Positions 11,880-25,103 of a DNA stretch of 64,000 nt are shown in pieces. Origin of the DNA: Octopus sinensis (lineage: Eukaryota). The stretch lies in contig NW_021832228.1 of the NCBI RefSeq assembly GCF_006345805.1, positions 124,001 through 188,000 on the forward strand, read 5' to 3'. The position numbers were made by a program, and so were the translations under genes. Below the pieces are notes generated by a model. It was given only the letters and a program-made list of their open reading frames with translations. It did not search any database and had not been told where the DNA came from. How positions within the stretch are numbered: the first letter of the stretch is position 1; the number at the start of each line of letters is the position of its first letter.

Positions 11880-12723
11880 ATAGTATTCATTTTGAAAGAC
11901 GGAACGAGACCAATTCTACGCTGGTTGAATAAGGGCTACCCCTAGGACCTAAAAAATCATTAATTTTGGACTGTCTAGTCTTCTGGCAAAGCCGTAGGAC
12001 GCTTTTTTCTAGTTCATATAAGTTTTTTCAGAATCTTTTTTCTATATCGGAATCTTTTTTCTCCCCATAAATGCGTTTAAATGATATTTTGTTTCTTTCT
12101 TTCCAACGCTGAAGCCAACCTGAAGTAGGAATAAAGTCATCCATTTTCATTGTTTTAGCAAAGCTAGTAGGCTTTGTGGGTTATTATGTTACCAATTATT
12201 GGTACATTTTTGGTCCTGGTTTGAGCAAACCAAACGGACAATGCAGTTTCTACGTTCTTTTCTTTCCCATCGCGTCGTCTTTTTCGACTCAAATTGGTGC
12301 AATTAGATTCAGCCAATAGCATAATTTCTTCTCTATTCTTCAAAATCCGTGAGACTTGAGACTGAGAACAGTTGAATCTTGTAGATAGAGCTGATTGAGT
12401 TTGACCTCCTTGAATAAACAAATTGATTATTTCCAATTTTTGAGAAAGTGTAAGATCACGACGTAACGAAGATGACATGTGTAATAATAATTAAATTTTA
12501 AAATTACAAATTATAATTATGCAATTATGCGAAAATTTTTATACGAAAAAATAGTAAATGTTCCCAATGAGAGTATGCAATTAACCGAATTATGCAATTA
12601 ACCGATATGCAATTAGCCGATATTTTTTCAATGAAAACCATATAAGTTATGGTTTTAAACATGAATTTATGCCATTAACCGATTTATGCAATTAACCGAT
12701 ATGCAATTAACCGATGTTTACTG
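11880..12723 (-). mobile_element. Tigger/pogo element 5' part (psq HTH + CENP-B HTH)
   Basis: ORF 12164-12478 LTLSQKLEII..SQSQVSRILKNREEI; FIPTSGWLQRWK; terminus ..ACTG|TA at 12723; about 6 ATGCAATTAACCGA subterminal repeats. Confidence 0.88.
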
Positions 12724-13419
12724 TATACAAATTTTAGTTTGTTGCCGAAGTACAAAACGTTCCGTCCGTTTATAAACATTCAATGCGAAATTTATTTTGA
12801 AAGGTTTATAATGTGCTTCCAAATTGATGAATCACTGCCAATATCATATTTATTTCTATCTTCAAGTGTAGACTACTTGGAGACGAGAATGCTTGATTTA
12901 TGCTAGAGTATGTCCATATCTATTTAATAGCCTAGTAGTGATTCTGAGTGGCAGTTGTTTGCCGGAACTTTCACATTGACCACTGTGAGTGCCTTCTGAT
13001 GTTAAGATATTAAGAAATGGCACAAATATTAACATTCTTTCTTCTAATACTAATATTCAATTGTGTAATTAATTTAGCCATTTCCGTTATTGAATTCTTT
13101 GTCCGTTAATTCGGTTTTTTTCCAAAGTTCAATTTTTTGCCTAAATTTTTATTCAAACCTTTCTACGCATTTAAGTTAGCGACTTCGTCCAAGATACCCG
13201 AACATAGTGGATTAGTGTATTCCAAAGGAACTTAATCATCAGTATTGCTAAAACCACCAGACGACCAAGGCTATGTGCCGACTGAGTAATTTTTATATTA
13301 TTTATACAAGCTTGCAATGAGTCAAATGTGGGGACAACGTGATATGCTGAGATATCAGGAAATGACACAAATATGACCATTCTTTGGTCAGTAAGAAGGA
13401 AAATGTTAATGGACAGTTC

Positions 13420-14685
13420 TCCCATGTCTTGAAGACTCTGCTTTAAACTCTGTGAAAGATATTTAAGGAAGAGATGGGCGGATCCCTTGTCGACGACTGT
13501 GCCGGACACCCCCTGAGCCACTTTAATGGAGGACCCGTGGCTACGATGAGTAATACCCCAACCATAGATATCGAGCCTGGACATCCTTGGTCAACTCCAT
13601 GGCATCGAGTGACCCCATTCCGCGATAAGGCCTCACTTTGACGTCGTTGATGAGGACAGTCTCCACGGGGGATTCGGAGGTGGCAGCAAACATGGATCCC
13701 ATCATGACTAGTGCATGTGGCTGAATGGGGCACCTGTGGAGGCTCCCAGGGCAATTGCCTTGGCGATGTGTCCCGGGGACTGGACTCCCCCATCGGCAAT
13801 GACTGGCACTCCGAATTGTCTGGCCAACTGACTGAGTGGTACACAGCACTGGCCTGTCCTTGACCAACAGCCATGACTGGGGGATTAGTGGGTGACTGAC
13901 CTTCCTGGGTGATACAAATAGATCCCGACCCCATCCTACTCGCAGACCATCCACGCCTGCATTGATGAGGTTGATGGTCTGGGAGGCAGTCACCACTGTT
14001 CTATTGCCACAATGTTTTAACAATTTCCTCCTCCTTACCCTCCACTTGCGGGTAGTTCTGCTTTATGAACTTGACCATTTCTAATTGAAAAACCGAGTTG
14101 CCTTTGGAGGAGTCCTTCATTGGTCAATTAGTGCCACATACCACCACAATTACATCCACTTGTGCCTCCACTAGCAGAACCACTCTTTCACGGTCACACT
14201 CACGAGTGCTCACGGCGGCCCCACACATCAATTGATTTTTATTAGTCATATTCATTATCGACTACCTTTGGTCCACCACTGAGTTGGGGAATTCACAGTT
14301 TTTTATTATGTCTTTTCTGGTGACCAGTGCAACCAGACAGTACTCTTTTTCCACGATTGGCAGTTTTCCTTTCTTTAAATTTCGGAGGGTCTTGTAGGCG
14401 TCTTGGAAATTGATTCCGTCGTTAGAAGTGACCAATGACTCTCCGGGGTCATCACCTGCAGTGACAAGTCGAGGCAAACCACTTCCATCCTCGTCTGGTC
14501 GGACACACAGAACAAATCAATGTCCCGTTGAGGCACCAGGCCCAACAACCGTCCATTCAGTGTCACCGAAAAGCCAGAAAAGCCATGTTTATTGACCAGG
14601 ATTTTGTATTCTGCCACAGTAGTGCTGGGGGAGACGACAACTGGGTTCATAATGAAGCCCTGTTTAGAGGATTTGACTAGTCGGG
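13420..14685 (-). pseudogene. IMPDH: Inosine-5'-monophosphate dehydrogenase, truncated and frameshifted
   Basis: KQGFIMNPVV CBS region, KKGKLPIV, DSSKGNSVFQ, DGLRVG/MGSGSICITQE catalytic loop, [34 protein letters not shown]. Confidence 0.92.
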
Positions 14686-14699
14686 GGGACGGAAAAAGG

Positions 14700-14960
14700 C
14701 CACACTCTCCATGGAAGAATTTTGGATATCAGCAATGTCGATGTTTGGAGTCGTTTTGTATGTTGTAGTTGGTGGATGCGAAAATGGTGGAGCAAGGACA
14801 TGTTCTTGTGATTTCGTTTAATGCGCAACAAGTGATGGGTGTGGTGGACAAATCGAATAAATTGGTGGAGGGAGATATGGTCGTGTGTGATGTATTAAAG
14901 AGAATAGGAACAAGCACGTTTGGGCTTTATGTAGGAATCAGAGTTCTCTCGATCCTATGA
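14700..14960 (+). pseudogene. Possible S1-domain (RRP5-like) fragment
   Basis: KLVEGDMVVCDVLK..TFGLYV weakly resembles S1 repeats. Confidence 0.25.
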
Positions 14961-16234
14961 CTGCCTGGAAGTTGATTGACGTTTCGTTTATGCCTACCGA
15001 ACAGTGGATTTGATTGATAAGTTATATTATATTATTTCTTAATTCGAGTCTAATTAGCTTTTCTTATTTTTTGATAATATTTTATGCTGATTTATCAAGA
15101 ATTATTGTGAAATCCGCCACCCTTTTATGGGCTAAATTATTATTGCACTCATATTTTGAACAGCCATAATCGAAAGTGGAATTCAACAAGGCGGCCCTCT
15201 GGGTTTACTCCTAATCTCTCTCGTAAATCAAAAAACCCTAAGATCTGGTAAAACTGATCTTAAAGTATGATTCTGGATGATTGTGCATTTGAAAGAACCG
15301 CTGAAATCATTCTAAGAAAGCTAGAATAACTGTGTCGAATTTTTAAGCTCTCGCATTCGAAATTCAACTGTGGAAATTGCAAGATCTTGAATATCAGTTT
15401 CCCTTAAAGCGATCGGTATGGCCAACGCAGCTGCGAAATGATTGGCACGGTTCTATCTCAATACAAGAGCAGCTAATATAGTTTAGTATAGATGATTGCC
15501 TTGCTCTTGAGTAAACTTGGTTTACCTATATTATCTGATACAACTTGCCAATCAACAATAAATTGTTAGTAATATAATTGGAAGTCACGTTTGTAAACTT
15601 CTTTCCGCCCAGAACACAGGAGCATCACTCAAAAGCCCTGAAGTCTCATAAAAACGGGCCAAAGGAAGAAATAAGAGCTATGTCGAAATGGTTTTTATTC
15701 TCCCGGCAGTCTAGATGTCAGGAGTATAGTGACATTCTACAAAAAGCTTGTTTTGAGCATCTGGTCATTTTGGAGAGGGTTGCCGACGACCCATCTGACA
15801 TGGCCAAACAAATTTTCCCAGCTATAGTCTAAGGTAATTTCTTTGCTATCCGTCAATAAGAATTTTTCGTCAGACCTGTGACAATAATTAATAATTATTT
15901 GTTTTAGTGACAATTAGATTCATAGTCTCCTGTCGTGTTTTGTTGTCTATGACGTATATCTGTTACACAAATCAACAACAAAAGAGTTGAATACAACCAG
16001 CCTTATATACACCAGGACTGGGTCAAAAACCATACAACGTGTCTGGTTAAGATACTTTGTGACTACATTTGAGTAAGATTAATTATCATATTTAAGTATA
16101 AAACGCGTGATAACAATTTCTCCTTAAAAGTTATGAATATTTTGTTAAAAGTAGAGTTTTGATGACTTCCGGAGTCTTTGGATCAGAGAGTTTTTCGTTC
16201 ATTCGAAGATTGGATGGTCTAATCACCAAAAAAG

Positions 16235-16330
16235 CAGGTGATCCGCGGGAGACGTCGTGGCTCTTCCAGAGGATTTCGTGTGCAATTGTCCGCGGAAATT
16301 CACACGCTATCCTAGGGTCATACTAATTAA
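16235..16330 (+). mobile_element. CRE-like element 3' end fragment
   Basis: GDPRETSWLFQRISCAIVRGNSHAI*. Confidence 0.7.
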
Positions 16331-16719
16331 TCCAATCGATTTTGTTCCTTTTGGTTTTGATGAGCTGTGCAATACTCAAAAACTGTCAAAGTTTATAAAC
16401 TGTATAATTCCTTTTTTGTTCTCTGCAGAAGTGTTTCCAGACTGCATGTATACTGTTTAAAATCTTTACGTAGATGGACGGTGGATTTGGCATTATTCCA
16501 GTTGTCGGAACTTGTACAGTCGTCATTTTATATGACAGCTTCAGATCTTGTTATTAATATGGAATACTATTTTAGAGTAATGTGTCAATCTCAACAATAT
16601 ATTTTTTGTCTATTTTTGATTTTATTAAAGAACTGGAAAATCATAATAAAATAATGCCGACGCCGGTAATAAAAACTTTTTTTTATAAATAGTACCGCTA
16701 TCGTTTATTGGAAAATCAA

Positions 16720-18580
16720 AAAATGACTTTTTTGACGTGTACATGGACTGTAAAAAGGATTATTTTAAAAATATTGATGAAGTAGTGGATAATGTAATAA
16801 CATGATTGCTTATATATTTAGATATACCAAAAATTGAAGTGTATTTTTTCTATTCGATTTATCAAATTGACATTACCTTCATCTTTTGAAAGTAGTCAGC
16901 TATACTCATACTTTGGAGTATAACTCGGTTTTAATCAAAAACAGATTGAACGTGAATTAAAAATATATTTCATGTCACAAGATATTAAAACTTTTAATAA
17001 AACATGTATTTTGGAAGATAAGATTACTGCTAAAATTTTAACATTTAAGAATCGCCAATTTATGAGTAATTTTGAAATTAACTTCATAGATTTAATTAAC
17101 ACAAATATAGGGGAAATAAAGCAAAAATATAATGTAATGATATTGTTTTAATATCGAGAAAGATTTACAACGTCCTAAATGTTGGCAAAATTAAACTTTC
17201 TGAAGGATGCCAAGTTATAGCACATGTATTCCCAAATTGTAAGGAATATTTTGTAAACGTTTTATTGAAACTCATTCTAAAAAACGATTTCAAATCCGTC
17301 AAGTTTATGAGAAATGTATTTGGAGTTGATTTTAAAACTCTTTGATTTTAAAATCCAGTAAACCGCTCCTGAATGTTGCTGCGAGTAAAGGATTAAAAGT
17401 ATTTTGACTATAAAGTTGTTATTTTTGGATATAATCAGAACACTCCTCGAAGGAGGGGCTTTAGTCGATTTGTATGACTGTAATGGAAACAGTCCTCTTC
17501 ACTGTGCTCTCAATGCAAAACAATACTCAGCAGCAGAGGTTGAAAATGTACCTATTTTCAGATATTAGTAGAATGGGGGCATCACTAAGTATTCCAGATC
17601 GGCACGGGCGTACTCCTTTAGAACTGTTTCCTTCATCAGTTTTAGCAGAAAGTTAGGAAATTTACATACATTTTTAATTTATAAAAAATCATAGCCAAAT
17701 CGACAATTGACTTAACGAAATTATATTCACCTGATTCTCTGCTTGAAATTATATTCACCTGATTCTCTGCACGAAATTATATTCACCTGATTGGTAGGAA
17801 AATGATAACAAATTTGAACACGAGGTTTTTTAATTAAAATGAACTTTGAATAGAATTCAAGGAATTACGACACTACTACATCTGGCTGTGTCGATTGATT
17901 CTGAGGACTGCGTCAAAACTTTACTAAATCTTGGTGCTAATGTTGACATGGTTGATAAAAACAGGCAAAATGTTCTTTATGAAGTTAAATCTACAGCAGT
18001 CCTAAAGGTATTTTAAAAGAACTCGATAAACCAAATAATTATAAGCAAACAAATCAATAGAAATGAAAGAGACTACGATGGAAATACACCTCTTCATTGG
18101 TTTGCTTGTCGAAAGGGAGAAAATACGTCTAAGCTTGTCAATCTTCTATTGGAAGACGGTTATGATATAGCTGCAAGAAATGCTGAGGTTTGATTAGGGT
18201 GTAATTCAAGTCAATGTTACCCATCCATGTTTCTGCATTAAACGGTTGTGAGGCTCTATGTTTGACGTTTTTGGATCACGACAAAAACTCAATCTTTAAA
18301 GCAATATCAAACGAGGATCAAAGAAACCCAAAGAGTCTTTTATTTTATTCAATAATTGGAGGTCACATTTCTTGTGTAAAAATGTACTCGAACAGACTAT
18401 TATGCGATAGGTTACAAGAACATGGTTTTTGTTTTAAGGAAGACGAGCTAAGAATACTTCTTTGTATGGCTTCGGCAAACGAAATAAAATGGCTGATTTG
18501 TCTAATTTTACATTTCAGTAATGATATATTTGAAGTTATGGAATATCTATTGGGAGAAGGTGCGGATCCAATGAGTAGTG
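16720..18580 (+). pseudogene. Ankyrin-repeat protein, multi-exon, partly degraded
   Basis: DCNGNSPLHCA, DRHGRTPLEL, TLHLAVS..VKTLLNLGANVD, DYDGNTPLHW, LPIHVSALNG, EYLLGEGADP; 5' boundary uncertain. Confidence 0.75.
17717..17792. repeat. 28-bp tandem repeat, about 2.7 copies
   Basis: GAAATTATATTCACCTGATT(CTCTGC) at 17717, 17745 and 17773. Confidence 0.9.
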
Positions 18581-18584
18581 AGAG

Positions 18585-19590
18585 TAGTGTTGGATTCCTC
18601 AGTTCTGGGATGTTCAAAATTGGGGAATTGGTTCAAATCGAGTACAATTTAGTGTTTCATTGGTAGACCGCAGGTTGTGGGGGTTATAACTCGACTGGAA
18701 CGTCAAAACTTTGTGATTCTTAATTAGTTCGAAAAGGTGGATTTTCAGAGGTGATTTTAGATTGTTAAGAAAAAGAACAATTCGATAACAGTGAGGAAAG
18801 TGAGTGCCAATGCAGTGACTTTTTACTCGGATAACCAGGCAATAACAGTGGCCAGTTCGGTCAAAGTCATCAAAGGGCCTTTGGAAGTAAGTATATTACG
18901 TAATCAGTAGAATGAGACGGGAACAGTTACAACAGTTACATGTATATACAAGAATTATGTGTTTGTCAAGTCATCCAGTCTGCAACATAATTCTGGGTTA
19001 TTTGTGGTGGTTAGACGGAATCTGCGTCGATTGGATGGTAGTGAGTGTTAGTCGGGGGTTGGACAGTGAGGCACGGAGGAATGCAGTCGAGGGTAAACTG
19101 GGTGGTTTTGGGTCTCCATTCCCGATGGCTTCGCCAATGCACTACGCCACCGCATCTACCAAAGTAGGGTCTTAGAGGAATGTGAGGGATCGTCGTCTTA
19201 TCGGGAATGCCGTCATGATCATTAAAGGACCACTGAAAGGGAATATTGGTATCATTAAGGACGCGAGTGAAAAGACTGCACAAGTTGAGCTTCACTGTAG
19301 TTGTCGTACCATCAATGTGGATCGTGGCAATTTAATGGCCATTCGTGCTGCTAATGATAACTCCTATGATTTGTCCACACAAGAAGGCAAAACGTTGTCG
19401 ATTACTCCCACTGTGAGCAATATTCCTGTCCCTGTGGGGGGAAGGACTCCTTTATATCCGCAGACCCCGTCCTACCCCGAGATTCCGGCATATCCGCAGA
19501 CACCATCTTACCCACAAACACCGATGATAGAGACAGAGGGAGGAGCAACCCCTCATCATTTGATGGAGGAGGGCATGTCTAATTCGTATT
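18585..19590 (+). pseudogene. SUPT5H: SPT5 transcription elongation factor fragment (KOW domains + CTR repeats)
   Basis: GELVQI, VGVITRLERQNF, VKVIKGP, RDRRLIGNAVMIIKGPLKGNIGIIKDASEKTAQVELH, GGRTPLYPQTPSY; NGN domain absent; in-frame stop near 18725. Confidence 0.88.
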
Positions 19591-19839
19591 GGCTGTGTAT
19601 GTTAATTTGTAGAGTTCAGTCGAGTCCTGCTACATTTGGGAGAATTAATTGGCAGTCCCCATTGGATACTCCATGTTTGTGTTTTGTAATATTGTTGTAG
19701 CTCATCTACTATTTGCTCAAGACTTTGACACCTTATTCTACTGTGTCGGTCTCGTGGTGGCTGCTTCCACCAATAAGTCGTTCATTGATTGCGTGATTCG
19801 CCGCCATTAAATTGTCTTAGTCGAATTTCACAGAGAAGA

Positions 19840-20050
19840 AACAGTCTGTCGTAGAAATTCGATAAAATTTGTTTATGAATGTTTTTTAAAAGCAAGGGAA
19901 GAATTTATTCCAGTCTCTGGACCTATTCTTAAAAACGTTGCTATAAAAGTAGTTAGGAATTCCGAACTGTATTCCATTCAGAGGTTCAATGGTTTGCTTG
20001 AAAAATTTAAGAAAAGACACAATTTGTCATTTAAGATAATAATTAGTAAA
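19840..20050 (+). mobile_element. Tigger CENP-B HTH fragment
   Basis: IPVSGPILK..NGLLEKFKKRHNLSF. Confidence 0.7.
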
Positions 20051-20759
20051 AAATTCGTGTGATATTTCTTGCCTTGGAATAATTTTTAATTTTTTTTTAC
20101 AAGAAAATATTTTTTGTTAAACTATTTTTACTGTATTATCTCTACCCGACTGTATATCTAAAAACGAAAATATAATCTAAATCTGTCAAAAAATTAAAAA
20201 TAAAAAGTTTTCGCAAAGGAATTAAAAATGTATTCATATAGCTAAATTAGGATTATACCAACAATTTTATCTTGCAGTAATTCTTAAGATCAATGGAAAT
20301 TCTTGATGGTTACTTTGACAAAAATATTAATCAAACAAAAATAATTAAAACACGTGATTCGAATTAGTTAATTTTGTACTGTGAGAATCTATCAACGAAG
20401 TAAATTGCATACACCAGTTATTAAAAAATTTGTTTTTGTTGGGAAATGAGTTCTAAACGAGTTGTTTTAGATAAATTTCTACAATATCTTTCGACGGGAT
20501 TGTCACAAATAATGAAAAACGGATTTTTTAACACTCTTTTGAACTCCATCGTTGTTAAATTAGTCAAGAACAGTCAGTTTATCGACCAAAAAGATAGTGT
20601 TGAGTATATTGTGCGATGTCAAAATAATAATCTATCCCAAATTGTTGAAAATAAGCAAATAATAAGAGCTGTTATTTGCCACGAACAAGAATTGTTGACT
20701 AAGAACAAAAAAGCCATCTGCTGACCTGGTCTCTAAAGCCAGGCTGATAAAATGTCTCT

Positions 20760-21780
20760 TGAAAGAATTTGGCAAAAAAAGTACTGCCTCATATTCGCCT
20801 GATCTAGCTGCTCTCATCTGTTCCTATTTCTCAAAATAGTTTAAATAATTGTTAATTTGGTTTAAAAAAACTGTTAGAAATTAAATTAGAAGTAATGTTA
20901 GAAAATTAGTTTCAGTCAGAATCCTCCAAGTTTTGCGTATTCTAAATCAATATTGGCGCTTATTTCTATGTATATTCTTTTTTCTGACATCAGTTCTTCT
21001 ATAAATATATTAGAGTGAAATAAAAATAGTGTTGTTAAATGATCCAGGGAATGGTTAGAGACCAATAATAATGGATATTAGTTAAATGGAATTCATGTCA
21101 TTCCATTCATCGTCAAATGTATCAAATGAGGTTGTATCAATTTCATTTTCCAGCTTACCTGAGCAAATATTGAGAAAAACAGACCTTCCGCTATTTTTAG
21201 ATCTGATTCCATTTTTTGCATGCGATTTAAATATTCTTCATTGGATTTGGTCGCCTAAGTGAGTGTGTTAGCGGGGAATGTCATAAATAGGTAACACAGC
21301 AACTTTCTAGCCTATCGATGTCTTGCTGACACTTATTAAACACCCTATTGAACTCTGCTGCCCTTTCTCGCTCTTAAATTCAAATAAACTCGACAAATTA
21401 TGCCGCATAGCAAAGCTTCATATTACCTCATACAAATCTTCTCTCAGTTTCTTAATTGTAGCCTCGTATTCTTCTACCTTGTTATATGCCTACAATAAAT
21501 ATGTCAGTTTAATTAATTAAAGTTAGCACCAGGGACCTAGTGGGGATAAGAAAGGAAAGATTGTTAGCTCGGTACCTCAAGAAAATTAATCTCAAGATAT
21601 TCGAGATTGTTTTGAACAACATTGTTTGCATATTTTAATCTTAACAATCTGTTTTTAAATTCCAAGATCTTAATTTTTTCTTCCAGCACTTTCTTTTGTC
21701 TTTAATTATTAGTGGTAGTTAATAGGTTACCTGTCACTTTCGCAGAATTTTTCATAGTTTTGCATTACAAAAATTTCAAT
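20760..21780 (-). pseudogene. Unidentified coiled-coil multi-exon gene fragment
   Basis: Short exons such as AYNKVEEYEATIKKLREDLYE and EEYLNRMQKMESDLKIAE separated by tiny GT-AG introns. Confidence 0.35.
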
Positions 21781-21919
21781 TTGTTAATAGAATTTAATAT
21801 ATTTCCAATCTATGTTATCCTCTTAGAAAATAATACTTATAAATTAAATTACTTAATAAATTATAATTAATCCAAAAAATGACCTCACTTAATTCTTTTA
21901 ATGCATTATTAAGTTGAAC

Positions 21920-22490
21920 TGAAACTTATTTCGGGGTTAGCTGCCTCGATGTGGATTTACCTCGAACTTGCCACCACCAGCAAACACGAGTATCTGTGTC
22001 AAGATTTCGACGGAAGATGCCTGATTATCAGTCCTTCTTCTCTGAATTCTCTTACTTACTCTCTGGTGATTTGTTTTTGGTATTTTAACCTGTTGGCCTT
22101 GACAGAGGAGATGGAAAACGTCCTGATGGGGTCACAATTTTTCTATTTGAAGAGGGGAAACCCCTAGTCTGGAACACAACTTATATCGACACTCTCTGCC
22201 CGTCTAACATTGCCGGGAGCGCAGTGGACAAACTGTATGCCGCGGAAAAAACGATGAGGGCAAAGAAGAGAAAATAGGAAGCGCTGCGCGACCGATTTGC
22301 GTTCTATCCGATTGTGGTCGAGACAACTGGAGGAATAAGTTGGAAATCGCTTCGCTTCCTAAAGAAACTTGGACGCTTAGCTACGACACACGTGTGACCC
22401 GGTGGCTTCTCCAGTTGATCTCTGTTGCGATTGTGAAAGGCAACGAAGCCTCGATAATGTCGGCGGGGTCCACTTCGGATGAATGACTGT
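21920..22490 (+). mobile_element. CRE-like RLE domain, degraded 3' end
   Basis: GLDRGDGKRPDGVT, PIVVETTGG, ISVAIVKGN. Confidence 0.8.
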
Positions 22491-23499
22491 GTTAACTTTT
22501 AACTATATCTGTTTTTGTTATAAAAATAAAATTATTAAACTGTGGATAAATTTAAAGAAAACGCCGAAATTCCATTTTTGATAAATCTCTGTTTTGGGGG
22601 AATTTTTTTTAATAGGTGCTCAAATAGAGATCATATTGTAATTACAAATTTATAATATTGATTTGAACAAAAAATAGAATGTGACTATATTGTCAAGAAT
22701 AACAATCTTATATCCTATCATTATTTCAGAAATAGTTTTCTAATAAAATCGACTGTAAGCTCGATATTCTTTCTAAATATAGTCAACTGATTATTACAGG
22801 CACTTTCGCGATGCCATGGATCATGACAAAGCTTGTGCAGCACAGGAAACAATACGAGTAATTAGCTTATTCCATACGAGTAGTGCATCGAGATCGTCCC
22901 CGTCCTTCAGTTCTCTACCATCCTTCTTTAGGTCTCTATCCAGCGTACCCGGGAGAGTATTTCTTGGTCGCCCACGGAAACGATGGCCCCCAGCTTCGAA
23001 ATAGTTCTCCATAGCGGCGTTTGCCGGTGCATCCAAATCCATCCTTAGAATATGTCCAAACAGCCTCCATCTGCATTCAGTAATTTCGAGCGAGATTGGT
23101 TTGCTTGATGTTCTGGCATAAACTGTTCTGCCACTCAGTCTTGAATGCCACTTGGAGTACGTCGAAGGTGATCTCTATGGAAAGAGTCTAGGTTGTCATT
23201 GTCTGTAGCGGAAAGTCCCCAAGTTCCGGCGTTATATAGGAGTATTGGCTTCACTAATGAATTGTATAGTCGTATCCGTGTTTTTGTGCTGAGTCCTTTG
23301 CGTTTTAGCCAATTTTCCTTTAAGCTGCGTAGTGCACTGTCTGAAAATTCATCATGTGATATTTTTTGAGTTTATTCCTATAATCTGTTTATATATATTT
23401 TTTTTAAATATTTATTTTATTTGATTGCTCTTATTTGACTGGTTTGCAATATTTTGAATTGCCAAAGCAAAGGCATTCACAAAGGCATTGAAAGACCGG

Positions 23500-23885
23500 A
23501 GGGGTGTCTCTGCATTTCAAAGGCATTCACAAATTCTCCGAGGATGTAGTTCACTCGACCCAGCAATGTCACTGCAGACACAACCATCATGTGGAGGGGA
23601 CCATATATATGAGTCAATATCCTCACTCCCAGAACTGCCTCAACAACACAACTTGATTGACGTGTAGTTGGTCAGTCACAACGTCGACTGAATAGCCATA
23701 GTAAGTGGCCATCTCCTCTCTCACCAGTCCCCACAGACCATTGTAGTCCATGCTGGCCATAGTAGAGCATATTCGCGACTTGCCTTTATTCCCCATCCTT
23801 GCAGTCCCCGGGAAAAGCAAACAGTTCATAAAATATGAAATCGACTGGGCATTCACAGTGCCAATAACACGACGAAATACATGTT
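23500..23885 (-). pseudogene. CLUH: Clustered mitochondria protein (Clu) fragments inside the RTE copy
   Basis: HVFRRV..ISYFMNCL..LWGLVREEMATYY..VVLLRQF joined to IYGPLH..LLGRVNYILGEF (TPR), matching two non-adjacent Clu regions. Confidence 0.7.
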
Positions 23886-24209
23886 CTTTCTAGCCTAATG
23901 ATTGCAAGAACTTTCCGTATGCTATTTATAAGAATTACTGGCCTCAGATTCTCCACTTTTCCTTTAGCTTTGTTTGGTTTTGGACAGGGACCAGTATTCC
24001 TCGTCCAAGGGGTAAATGGTTGTTTGTTTTAAACATTCCGTTGAAGAGGTCCGCAATGAGGACATTTAGCTTTTCACTTCCATATTTGAGTAGCTCTGGT
24101 CCTAGTCCGTCTGGTCCTGGGCTTTTATTGTTTTTGAGTTTAGCACATGCTCTTTGCACTTCTGCAGGAGTTATTTCCAACTCCAATTTCCGGTATATCC
24201 ATCAATTCC

Positions 24210-25103
24210 TGTCACCGTTGAGTTATATGACTGGTTATCTGGTCTATAATCGAAATCCATTTATAATCGAGGTTTTTAGACAAACAGGTGGAGGACATCA
24301 TATATTTCAAGGATTGGTTTAGTCTTTCCACGTGCCCCTGCTATAGGCTCCTATGGGCTAAATTGCAGGTATGGTGTTCATAAGCTTTCTCGCCTGACAT
24401 TGGCAGCATGATTTGAAAACTGACATAACCTCACTTCTTAAAGATCCATAAACATTATCTTTAAGGAGAAAAAGCAGCTTGTCTCGACCTGGGTGTCCAT
24501 TTTTTAAATGGAGAATTTCAATAAACAGTTTCTTTTCTTCTACTTCCTCGAGACCGAAGGTACGTAATAAGATTCCGGAAGTTTTGAAGTAAACAATGTC
24601 ATTTTTGGAGTGCGACGATCTAAATAATGATGCCGTTCTCCTAAAATTTGACTCATTTTGATTCTGAATCACTTCATCTGGCATTTCACCATCCTTAAGA
24701 AATGCTATAATTTCCGACTTTTTCTGTAGGGTCAATAAAACGAACTTCATAACAAAAAATTATGTAAAGTGTTCGGAAAATTTCGATTTTCATATGAGGT
24801 CAGCCATTCTAAAAAATTAAAATTTTCTTTCTTTTTTAAATTAAAAAATTTAAAGTGATGATTTTTGTGATTATATACAGAAAGTTAAATTAATCAGAAA
24901 TTAATCGGCCAGCAAGCCGGATGGAACAGCTGTTCCCACGCACAACGGCCAACAGGATCCTTTGGATTGTGATTATATTAATTTAATTTTTTGATAATCT
25001 ATAATTTTGAGGTTTCGTTTTAGCGTAGCAACGGCACGGCGTTAACGGCAAAATCGATTTTGCGCGATCTTTCTCAGCCTGCAATCACTCTCAACCGGTG
25101 ACA
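24210..25103 (-). mobile_element. Ginger-like integrase DNA transposon, internally deleted
   Basis: Termini TGTCACCG(G)TTGAG..GTGACA; 5-bp TSD ATTCC (24205-24209, 25104-25108); ORF 24358-24750 with H-x4-H..C-x2-C zinc finger (HLKNGHPGRDK..CCQCQ), then QGHVERLNQSLK. Confidence 0.85.

Noticed and set aside
12575-12716. Regularly recurring ATGCAATTAACCGA motif as an array or regulatory cluster
   Set aside because: Explained as subterminal repeats of the Tigger end at 12723
17717-17792. CRISPR-like 28-bp repeats
   Set aside because: Head-to-tail tandem copies with no unique spacers, no cas genes, eukaryotic context
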